Shown here one piece after another: positions 56,516 through 64,000 of a stretch of 64,000 bases of DNA (within the stretch, counting starts at the first letter, position 1; the number at the start of each line of letters is the position of its first letter). Source of the stretch: Bacteroidaceae bacterium (GTDB taxonomy: Bacteria; Bacteroidota; Bacteroidia; Bacteroidales; Barnesiellaceae_A); NCBI GenBank assembly GCA_017531985.1, contig JAFXJY010000013.1:7601-71600 (forward strand), read 5' to 3'. A program made the position numbers and the translations under genes. The notes under the pieces were generated by a model. That model was not told the DNA's origin, made no database searches, and saw only the letters and a list, made by a program, of their open reading frames with translations.

Positions 56516-57661
56516 TTAATAGGGGTAGTACTGTCCTACTACGCGATAACCAATCCCACCATATAGAGCCACCTCATAATAGTAATATCCATTGTAGTAG
56601 TAGGCAGGATATCCATTGTAGTACACATAACTTACTCCGTAATTGGGAAGATAAGGCACGACCATTCCCATCAATGGTGCTACTACCTGGAAGTGTGTAC
56701 CATAATTACGATAGTAAGTTCCATCGTAATAGTAGTAGAACTTGTTGTTGTATATCAATGTTTCATATCCAACGGGCAACGACAACAGCGAAAGTCCTAA
56801 GGGTGCTGCTACGACCTGATATACTCCATTGACCAGCGTATGATAACAGCAGTCGTAAAAGTAGTAGGTAAGACCACCCAATGTGTAGTGATGGGCATGT
56901 GGTGGCGGAGGTGTGTGAAGATGATAATCCAAAGGACAGCCATGACCATGTGGAGGTGGTACGAAGTTGTATCCACGCGGTGGACGATGGTTGGGATGAT
57001 AACCGGCAGGGGGAGGTGTGCGATGATCGTACTGTACATGCGGCTTCTCTTGATAGGGGCGGTTATCTCTCGATGCATGATGATTATCGGTTACCATCGA
57101 CGACTGACCGGCATTGGATGTGGGCCGATTATTGCGTTCGACTATCGTAGCATTACTATTACCTATGGTCGAACCACGACGATTGGCGGTCGCACTTGTA
57201 CTCGATGTAGTTGTAGTTGTCGTGATCGTTTCGCGACGGCCGGTAGTTGTGGTAGTAGAACTCGGCTTATTGGTGGGGGTTGTAGTCGTACCTCGACGAT
57301 TGGTAATAGTCGTAGTTGACTTGGTGTTTGTAGTAGGCGTTGCATCACGACGTGTGGTTGTAACATTAGGTGTTACATTCTTTTGCGTTGAGGTGCTACG
57401 ATTATTGGTTGTCGTTGACACTGTCGATGAATTACGACGAGTAGTGGTCGTTGTTGTGCTACTGCCGGAGACAGTAGTACGATTGGTACTCTGTCGTACA
57501 GTTGAGCCACTACCGTTTCCGGTACTCTCTCCACCACGACTATTGGTGGTGGTGGCACGCGATGAATTTTCGCTTCTGTTGCCTCGCTGTGCATCGGCTA
57601 TATTTATTGTCCCTAAGGCAAGTATCAGGGCGAGGCTTAATGTTAGTATTCTCTGTCTCAT
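56516..57661 (-). CDS. Secreted low-complexity protein: a Thr/Ser/Arg/Asn-rich N-terminal half, a His/Pro-rich linker and a Tyr-rich C-terminal domain
   Basis: Signal peptide MRQRILTLSLALILALGTINIADA, then about 170 aa of T-runs punctuated by RR, then PPPHGHG/HTPPPPHAHH, then FYYYYDGTYYRNYG...YYYNGYYYYE. It has its own terminator. Confidence 0.6.
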   Translation of the reverse strand: MRQRILTLSLALILALGTINIADAQRGNRSENSSRATTTNSRGGESTGNGSGSTVRQSTNRTTVSGSSTTTTTTRRNSSTVSTTTNNRSTSTQKNVTPNVTTTRRDATPTTNTKSTTTITNRRGTTTTPTNKPSSTTTTTGRRETITTTTTTSSTSATANRRGSTIGNSNATIVERNNRPTSNAGQSSMVTDNHHASRDNRPYQEKPHVQYDHRTPPPAGYHPNHRPPRGYNFVPPPHGHGCPLDYHLHTPPPPHAHHYTLGGLTYYFYDCCYHTLVNGVYQVVAAPLGLSLLSLPVGYETLIYNNKFYYYYDGTYYRNYGTHFQVVAPLMGMVVPYLPNYGVSYVYYNGYPAYYYNGYYYYEVALYGGIGYRVVGQYYPY

Positions 57662-57835
57662 AGCTTCATGTATTAAGTTGGTAATACAATGTTCTTTTCA
57701 TTAAGACTAATGGATAATAAAAAAGTTTAAGGGAACTTCTCTATATATACTACAAAAAGACCGATGCACTCAACACCCATCGAGTACACCGGCTGCAATA
57801 CTAAACGGTATAAAATTCAAAACAGATTCTAAATT

Positions 57836-58396
57836 CTATACTGTAAGAATTTCTTTCTCCTTGGCTGCAAATAACTCATCGATGCGTTTCATCATGCGGT
57901 CATGCAACTTCTGTACCTCATTCTCACCGTCTTTCGATACATCTTCGGGCATTCCATTCTTAACGGCTTTCTTCAACCCTTCGATTGCATCTCGGCGTGC
58001 GTTGCGAATGCTCACCTTGGCATTCTCTACTTCGTTTTTCGATTGTTTTACAAGGGCTTTGCGACGCTCTTCGGTCAATGGTGGAATAGAAATGCGTATA
58101 ACCTCACCATTGTTCTCGGGGGTAATACCCAACTCCGAGTCAATAATAGCCTTCTCTATTATGCGGAACATCGACTTCTCCCACGGTGTGATTACAATGG
58201 TGCGTGCATCGGGCACCTGCACATTGGCAGCACCACTAATGGGCATCATCGAGCCATAATAATCGACACGAATATTATCTAGTAATTTAGGACTGGCCTT
58301 TCCGGCACGAATGTGAGCAAGTGTTTCGTCCAAAAATTCCACTGTTTGCTCCATTTTTTTCTCGGCTGCATCGAGATAAGTTTTTACATCTTCCAT
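57836..58396 (-). CDS. frr: Ribosome recycling factor
   Basis: 186 aa. The pattern ...[24 protein letters not shown]...ITPWEK...[19 protein letters not shown] is canonical for Frr. Confidence 0.95.
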   Translation of the reverse strand: MEDVKTYLDAAEKKMEQTVEFLDETLAHIRAGKASPKLLDNIRVDYYGSMMPISGAANVQVPDARTIVITPWEKSMFRIIEKAIIDSELGITPENNGEVIRISIPPLTEERRKALVKQSKNEVENAKVSIRNARRDAIEGLKKAVKNGMPEDVSKDGENEVQKLHDRMMKRIDELFAAKEKEILTV

Positions 58397-58413
58397 ATAT
58401 TATTTCTATTTAT

Positions 58414-58610
58414 GGGAACTTCTATAAGCTCCACTGATTAATAATTCATTAGTTATAGGAAACTTTCGGTCTGTCAGTCTTGGCTTTTTTTCTTGGTATA
58501 TTCCCATTCCTACCTTCATCACACCATTTGCGATGTCTTGGGGGTCATAATCCATATCTACTCAATGAAAAAATGCATTAATCATAACAACACAATAGAT
58601 ATAAGTTCCC
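58414..58610. repeat. Element bounded by an inverted motif pair that fills the pyrH-frr spacer, second copy of the 55-nt module
   Basis: GGGAACTTCTATAA at 58414-58427 and GATATAAGTTCCC at 58598-58610. Confidence 0.5.
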
Positions 58611-58624
58611 TTCGATTTTGCTTA

Positions 58625-59335
58625 TCAATATACATAAGTTCCGATGGACTCACCCATCATAACTTTTCGCAGATTACCCACCGTATCCATGTCAAACACA
58701 ATGATGGGCAGATTGTTCTCTTTGCACAACGTTGTAGCTGTGAGATCCATCACTTTAAGCCCACGAGTATATATCTCATCGTAGCTAATACTGTCAAACT
58801 TGGTAGCTGTGGGGTCTTTCTCGGGATCGGCTGTATAGATGCCATCTACACGCGTTCCCTTCAACATCACATCGGCTTCTATCTCAATACCTCGCAAGGC
58901 CGAACCTGTATCGGTGGTAAAGAAAGGATTGCCTGTTCCACACGACATAATGGCTATTTCGCCCCGTTGCATTGCGTCGATGGCTCGCCACTTGCTGTAA
59001 TGCTCGCCGATGGGATGCATGTCAATAGCGGTAAATACCCGCGACTTCTGACCCTCTCCCTCCAAGGCCGAACTTAATGCAAGGCTGTTGATGACAGTTG
59101 CCAACATACCCATTTGGTCGCCCTTTACTCGATCAAATCCTTTGGTAGCACCGCTCAGACCGCGAAATATATTACCGCCTCCGATAACGATACCTATTTC
59201 TACTCCCATATCGGCAATCTCCTTGATTTGCTTAGCATACTCTCCGACACGCTTGGCATCTATTCCATATTGTTGGTCGCCCATCAATGACTCGCCACTG
59301 AGTTTGAGCAATATTCGTTTAAATTTTCTCTCCAT
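58625..59335 (-). CDS. pyrH: UMP kinase
   Basis: KRILLKLSGE..., VIGGGNIFRG, GTGNPFFTTD. Confidence 0.95.
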   Translation of the reverse strand: MERKFKRILLKLSGESLMGDQQYGIDAKRVGEYAKQIKEIADMGVEIGIVIGGGNIFRGLSGATKGFDRVKGDQMGMLATVINSLALSSALEGEGQKSRVFTAIDMHPIGEHYSKWRAIDAMQRGEIAIMSCGTGNPFFTTDTGSALRGIEIEADVMLKGTRVDGIYTADPEKDPTATKFDSISYDEIYTRGLKVMDLTATTLCKENNLPIIVFDMDTVGNLRKVMMGESIGTYVY

Positions 59336-59414
59336 GATTATCTCTGTTTACTACCACAAATATAAAATGAATCCATTTATGATGCAAATAAAACTATGAT
59401 TTTTATATAGGTAG

Positions 59415-59594
59415 GTTCTATAAATTAGGTTGAGTTGATTTTGAAGCTTATTGTGTGGAGATTTCCAATTTCTTATAAAGGCACAATGCGAGCATTGTAA
59501 CTAAGTGAAAATTAGAAATATACTACAATAAATTCAAAAGAGACCGAAATAGGAGCTACCGACAACTATCAATTTATCTACTAATTTATAGAAC
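59415..59594. repeat. Perfect 14-nt inverted repeat pair, a variant of the motif family
   Basis: GTTCTATAAATTAG at 59415-59428 and CTAATTTATAGAAC at 59581-59594. Confidence 0.55.
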
Positions 59595-59709
59595 ATGCCT
59601 ATAATTTATGTTGCATAACAAATTCATCGTATTATATTTTGCTCCTGATGGTTTTCTGAAATTGTATGTTATAAAATCCAAAACGCTCGCTGTTGTGCAA
59701 TTTTATTTT

Positions 59710-59717
59710 TATTTTTG
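59710..59717 (+). promoter_or_regulatory. -7 promoter box (TATTTTTG)
   Basis: Matches TAnnTTTG, 25 nt upstream of the ATG at 59742. Confidence 0.5.
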
Positions 59718-59741
59718 TAAAATATTCCTCAAACGAATGAC

Positions 59742-60623
59742 ATGAAAAGATTTCTAAATATTATACTGGCGGCTTGCATTTCTATCACAGCCACTGCAAC
59801 AAGTTACGAACGACTGGCTGCTCGCATGAACGACCACTTCGAGCATGCCGAGTGGTTGGAGGTTCTACAAGAGACTGATGCCATGATTAAGATAAATCCT
59901 ATCGATGCCGACCCTTATGCCGCAGCTCTGATTGCGGCTCAGTTTCTCAACGACCTCCCAGCCGAAAATAAGTATCTCAGTCAGTCACAATACAATCGGG
60001 TACACATCGACTCATTATTGCAACATGTATATGTAAGGACCAAGCATCTACACAATGCCAAAGTGTATGAAGACCTACTGCTCAACCTGAAAGCCAACAA
60101 CAAGGGACTGGCAAGAGTCTTTAATATCTATCTACTCGATTTTTACTCTTTCGCTCGAAAGACGCATGAAACTATTGCGATAGCTGACGAACTACTTAAA
60201 AGCACACCCGAAAACCTACGTTTCAGAAAATTGAAAGCCGATGCCCTCTTTTATCAAGGCGACTCAGAGGAAGCAATAAAGATGTATGAAAGTATCATAC
60301 AGAGCGACCCTACCGACTACGATGTAATGACCATCCTATCGGCTTATTACACTACCCAAGCCGATAAATGTATAGAACAACTTTATAATGAGTACACCTC
60401 CACCCCTACCCCCGACAACGCATATTATACCAGGCAGATGCAAGTTATTATGGACTCGCTTGTTACCCCATCACTCATCCTACTGCATCAAGCCGATAGC
60501 ATAAGACCATCGGAATATATCAAGAAAGAGATAACAAGAATGCAAAACATCACATGCCATCCGCCTTTACACCCATCTACACGACGCAGCTCAATATTAG
60601 ATATCCTGAAAAAGGAAGATTAA
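59742..60623 (+). CDS. Secreted TPR-like helical repeat protein
   Basis: Signal peptide and helical repeats (e.g. ADALFYQGDSEEAIKMYESIIQSDPTDYD). Confidence 0.55.
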   Translation: MKRFLNIILAACISITATATSYERLAARMNDHFEHAEWLEVLQETDAMIKINPIDADPYAAALIAAQFLNDLPAENKYLSQSQYNRVHIDSLLQHVYVRTKHLHNAKVYEDLLLNLKANNKGLARVFNIYLLDFYSFARKTHETIAIADELLKSTPENLRFRKLKADALFYQGDSEEAIKMYESIIQSDPTDYDVMTILSAYYTTQADKCIEQLYNEYTSTPTPDNAYYTRQMQVIMDSLVTPSLILLHQADSIRPSEYIKKEITRMQNITCHPPLHPSTRRSSILDILKKED

Positions 60624-60645
60624 AACCGACTCATAAATGGTCGAT

Positions 60646-61392
60646 CTACGTCTTAATTACAAAAGCGACCTCCTTAAATGCATAACTTCGAGCGACCCCC
60701 TCTTGATCTTGCAAGACAAGATATCCATCAGCTCCCACTTCCTTGATAACTGCTTCAAATTCGCCCTTAGCATCACGATATGTATGAAAACCTTCACGAC
60801 GATAGAGAACCGAAGCATAATCACTCTGTAACCGTTCTCTATCACAATAGCACATGGCATATCGAACCGAAGTGGCCATTAATATCTCTGATAGAATGAC
60901 ATCAAGATTATATTGTTCGCTTGTTATTTGAGTAAGTGAAATCGGATTAGGAGCATCACTTACAAACCGTTGTTGATTGATATTTAGTCCTATCCCCACT
61001 ATCGTTCTATCAATGTGTTGTCCGGACAAACTATGTTCTATGAGTATACCGGCTATCTTGCTGTCGCGATAATATATATCGTTAGGCCATTTAACAGAAA
61101 AGCCATCGGCATAACTCGACAACACATCAACCACAGCCAAAGCCGCTGCTTGCGACAAAATAAACTGTTCGGAAGGATGCACACCATGAGGTCGCAACAA
61201 GTAACTAAATGTTAAATTTTCACCCGGAGCTGCCTCCCACGAATTACCACGCTGCCCACGACCGGCCGACTGCGTGTGTGTCACCACAACACACCCTTGC
61301 GGCAACCTATCGGTATTATCCAACTCACTTATATAAGTGTTTGTCGATGTGGTCTCCGACAATTTTACTATATGCCATTCAAATTTTTCCAT
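60646..61392 (-). CDS. birA: Biotin--[acetyl-CoA-carboxylase] ligase
   Basis: GRGQRGNSW, KWPNDIYY and KIAGILIE are present. It has no N-terminal HTH, so it looks like a group I ligase. Confidence 0.88.
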   Translation of the reverse strand: MEKFEWHIVKLSETTSTNTYISELDNTDRLPQGCVVVTHTQSAGRGQRGNSWEAAPGENLTFSYLLRPHGVHPSEQFILSQAAALAVVDVLSSYADGFSVKWPNDIYYRDSKIAGILIEHSLSGQHIDRTIVGIGLNINQQRFVSDAPNPISLTQITSEQYNLDVILSEILMATSVRYAMCYCDRERLQSDYASVLYRREGFHTYRDAKGEFEAVIKEVGADGYLVLQDQEGVARSYAFKEVAFVIKT

Positions 61393-61754
61393 TCTTCCAG
61401 TAGTTTTGCTATACGTTCGCGTTGAGTACGATTAAGTTTCTTAACCACCTCACAATATGAATGTAATATCCACTCTCGCACAAGACTTCCTTTGAGCGAT
61501 GGTGTAATGTGTATCGTATTCCAATATTTCTTGTTACAATGATAACCGGGGACAACCTCGCTATATGCATCTCGCAACACAAGTGCATAATCGGGATCAC
61601 ACTTGACATTAACCATCAATTCGACGCGGTCGAGACTTGTAAAGAGAAACATCTTTCCCTCTACCTTAAAGACCAAAGTTGTTTCGTCAAATGGAAAACA
61701 TTCGGTAACCAACGGTAACGACAAACAATATTCCCTTAAACACTCTATATCCAT
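61368..61754 (-). CDS. MmcQ/YjbR-family protein
   Basis: ...YCLSLPLVTECFPFDETTLVFKVEGKMF...PGYHCNKKYWNTI. Confidence 0.78.
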   Translation of the reverse strand: MDIECLREYCLSLPLVTECFPFDETTLVFKVEGKMFLFTSLDRVELMVNVKCDPDYALVLRDAYSEVVPGYHCNKKYWNTIHITPSLKGSLVREWILHSYCEVVKKLNRTQRERIAKLLEEWKNLNGI

Positions 61755-61757
61755 AGG

Positions 61758-62126
61758 CTACATATTCAAAGGTGGTATAAATGCATCCTCTATATGTTCA
61801 ATCTCGAAAGGAGGTTCTTTTCCCACTATCGATATAACATCAAATCTTACATCTACATCAAGATCAAACATCCTGACATAAGCCTCAGCAGCTCGCACCA
61901 GATTTCGCATCTTCTTTTCGGTTACAGCCTCTTCGGGGTATGCCCAGTCGACATTACTTCGTGTTTTCACTTCTACAATTACCATTTCGTTGTTATGAAA
62001 AGCTACAACATCAAGTTCATGCCTACCGCTCACCCAATTGACATCGCGAACAATATATCCTCGATTTATAAGATATTCTACGGCATATTCCTCACCGCTT
62101 TTTCCCAATTGATTGTGCTGTGCCAT
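61758..62126 (-). CDS. YraN-family (UPF0102) endonuclease-like protein
   Basis: GKSGEEYAVEYLINRGY...ELDVVAF...VIVEVKTR. The -7 box at 62149-62156 favours the ATG at 62126 over the track start at 62174. Confidence 0.8.
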   Translation of the reverse strand: MAQHNQLGKSGEEYAVEYLINRGYIVRDVNWVSGRHELDVVAFHNNEMVIVEVKTRSNVDWAYPEEAVTEKKMRNLVRAAEAYVRMFDLDVDVRFDVISIVGKEPPFEIEHIEDAFIPPLNM

Positions 62127-62148
62127 GACCGGTTTATTTTTATTTGCA

Positions 62149-62156
62149 CAAAAATA
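62149..62156 (-). promoter_or_regulatory. -7 promoter box (TATTTTTG on the minus strand)
   Basis: The plus strand reads CAAAAATA, 23 nt upstream of the ATG at 62126. Confidence 0.5.
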
Positions 62157-62235
62157 CATAAATACATCGTTCAATATTGATTTTTTATCAACTATTTATT
62201 TCCTTTGCCCATACTAACCATAAAATTGACTATTT

Positions 62236-62946
62236 ATGATGCAAAACAACAAAGGTATTATTGCCTCCATGATTATTGCCGTGGGACTCTTTCTACTGGG
62301 CTACTGTGTCCGAATGGGATTACAAAACGGGCTAAGTGATGAACGTTATGTAACCGTTCGTGGACTTTCCGAACGTATCGTTCCGGCCGACAAAGTTGTA
62401 TGGCCACTCGTATATAAAGAAGTTGGCAACGATTTGAAACAATTGGCCAATCAAGTCAATAACAAAAACAAAATCATTGTCGATTATCTGTTGTCGAAAG
62501 GCATCACTCAGAACGAAATATCAGTATCAGCCCCCGAAATAATAGACTTACAGGCCGAACGATATGTCAACCAAAACGTGCCTTTCCGCTACAACCTTCG
62601 CTCCATCATTACCGTATCATCACAGCAGGTCGAACTCGTTCGCAATCTCATTAACGAACAAGGCGAACTACTCGACCGCGGCGTAGCAATCGTTTCGGGG
62701 GAATACGATACTAACATCGACTACCAATTTACTGGACTGAACGAACTTAAACCCGATATGATAGCCGAAGCAACTCGCAATGCCCGCCACGCAGCCGAGC
62801 AGTTTGCTCAAGACTCTAATAGTAAACTGGGAAAAATAAAAACGGCCTCACAAGGTCAATTCTCTATTACCAATCGCGACCAATACACACCCTATCTCAA
62901 AAACGTTCGCGTCGTTACATCGGTTGTATATTATCTCAAAGACTAA
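62236..62946 (+). CDS. SIMPL (DUF541) domain protein
   Basis: N-terminal TM or signal segment, the size and the ...ATRNARHAAEQFAQDSNSKLGKIKTASQG block are typical of SIMPL proteins. Confidence 0.75.
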   Translation: MMQNNKGIIASMIIAVGLFLLGYCVRMGLQNGLSDERYVTVRGLSERIVPADKVVWPLVYKEVGNDLKQLANQVNNKNKIIVDYLLSKGITQNEISVSAPEIIDLQAERYVNQNVPFRYNLRSIITVSSQQVELVRNLINEQGELLDRGVAIVSGEYDTNIDYQFTGLNELKPDMIAEATRNARHAAEQFAQDSNSKLGKIKTASQGQFSITNRDQYTPYLKNVRVVTSVVYYLKD

Positions 62947-62949
62947 GCG

Positions 62950-63447
62950 ATGATTGAACAAGAAATTAATATCAAAGCAACATTGCAAAGACTTTTCACA
63001 CTCATTTCTCGCATGGGATATGAGTGTGAAGTCATTGACAAAGATGAACTTTTCGTCTTTACAGCTTCAACAACTTCTCTCTATGGAGAAGATATAACAA
63101 TCAACATCAATGTAACAGCCAATGGCGACAACAAACATATAGGAAAAGGCAATTACATCGCCTTCGAAGTTTTCTCACCATACAATCCCACCGACAAAGA
63201 CGATGAACTTCAAATCTCATACTACATCATGCAACTATTAACCGAAGTCGACCTCACAACGATACAATATGTTCCACAGACTCAACAAATTCTCATATCA
63301 CGCGTCGATTGTATTTCGCCCGAGCTAAGCGACCATCACATCATTCAACACATCATAAAACCTGTTATAAACGAATTTCTTCACATCTTCAATATCATAG
63401 AGAGTACTCCGCAAAATGGATATTCTACACCCCAATATCTGAACTAA
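62950..63447 (+). CDS. Hypothetical cytoplasmic protein, possibly YbjN-like
   Basis: 165-aa ORF starting 3 nt after the SIMPL gene. Its resemblance to YbjN-type chaperone-like proteins is weak. Confidence 0.4.
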   Translation: MIEQEINIKATLQRLFTLISRMGYECEVIDKDELFVFTASTTSLYGEDITININVTANGDNKHIGKGNYIAFEVFSPYNPTDKDDELQISYYIMQLLTEVDLTTIQYVPQTQQILISRVDCISPELSDHHIIQHIIKPVINEFLHIFNIIESTPQNGYSTPQYLN

Positions 63448-63648
63448 AAATTATAAACAAATAACAAAAGCAACGTTTCTAAACACGACAACATCATCAA
63501 ACCTAAAATTATTGCACACCCTTAATTATAACATTGATATATATATCTATATAATTGCTAACTTTACAGCCTTGCAGGCTGCTTTTCAAGTCATCTACAC
63601 TCTTTTATTCAAAATATCTTATTGTTACATTTCAAACTATTTTAAACT

Positions 63649-64000
63649 ATGCAAAAGTGTAGATATAAATTCACAGGTGAGTATTTCCGACGTTTTTTAC
63701 AGCAGAATAGTAAAACATATCATACAGCTGCCAAGGAACTATCTATTAACAAAAATACTATTGGCAATTTCGTTCGGGGTGGTAACACGACAATTGCAGT
63801 CCTGCTTCGCATTGCCAATAGATATAGCATTCCGATAGAAGAGTTCTTTGAGGATTCTGACATTTCTGTTGCTAAAACATACGATGACTCTCTTTTCGAA
63901 ATGCCCCTCCGCAATAACATAATGCTTCATTCCAATAATGAGCATTCTATACATTATTCCGAAATATCGCAAAGCGATAGACTTATCATCACAAGATTAA
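63649..64000 (+). CDS. XRE-type HTH protein, 3' end outside the window, not in the ORF track
   Basis: My own translation from the ATG at 63649 is MQKCRYKFTGEYFRRFLQQNSKTYHTAAKELSINKNTIGNFVRGGNTTIAVLLRIANRYSIPIEEFF... The frame stays open to the window end. Confidence 0.55.
   Translation, partial: MQKCRYKFTGEYFRRFLQQNSKTYHTAAKELSINKNTIGNFVRGGNTTIAVLLRIANRYSIPIEEFFEDSDISVAKTYDDSLFEMPLRNNIMLHSNNEHSIHYSEISQSDRLIITRL

Noticed and set aside
57114-57704. 196-aa plus-strand ORF rich in Val and Arg, together with the other ORFs at 56840-57366.
   Set aside because: It is the mirror image of the low-complexity Thr/Arg-rich coding region on the minus strand. The minus-strand ORF has a signal peptide, a terminator and a structured C-terminal domain, whereas this one has no start context.
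63512-63838. 108-aa plus-strand ORF in the track, and the antisense ORFs at 63720-63972.
   Set aside because: The ORF starts in AT-rich non-coding sequence and gives a low-complexity translation. It is out of frame with the convincing XRE-HTH frame that begins at 63649.

Overview
This window looks like a chromosomal segment of a Bacteroidota (Bacteroidales-like) genome. Three things support that: many genes are preceded by the Bacteroides-type -7 promoter box TAnnTTTG; two secreted proteins end in T9SS-type C-terminal sorting domains; and GldD, a lipoprotein TamL/TamB pair and a pdxJ-exbB-exbD-tonB block are present. Most of the window is housekeeping: the TAM outer-membrane assembly module, acyl-ACP thioesterase, trmB, sufCDS, nrdDG, folK, queG, aroK, nadK, pdxJ, pyrC, pyrH, frr and birA. 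It also carries tRNA-Arg(TCT) and two identical tandem tRNA-Asn(GTT) genes.

Five things stand out:
1. A Macro-TIR fusion protein is tightly coupled to a small membrane and coiled-coil protein at the tail of the suf operon (20402-21896).
2. An AT-rich island of about 4.4 kb lies between aroK and nadK (44260-48700). It holds an IS1595-like transposase coupled to a RhuM-family gene, a lipoprotein and membrane-protein pair behind a structured leader, and a Panacea/DUF4065 antitoxin overlapping an unrecognisable 173-aa partner. That last cassette is flanked by direct repeats of about 20 nt.
3. A recurrent intergenic motif (GGGAACTTCTATAA and its reverse complement) occurs as inverted pairs bounding 90-270 bp spacers. 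Three copies also share a module of about 55 nt just upstream of unrelated start codons.
4. A perfect 12-bp hairpin buries a start codon.
5. A secreted protein has a Thr/Arg-rich, mucin-like half and a His/Pro/Tyr-rich half.

All functional calls rest on motif recognition by eye from the translations. No homology search or composition calculation was run. I saw no CRISPR array and no rRNA.
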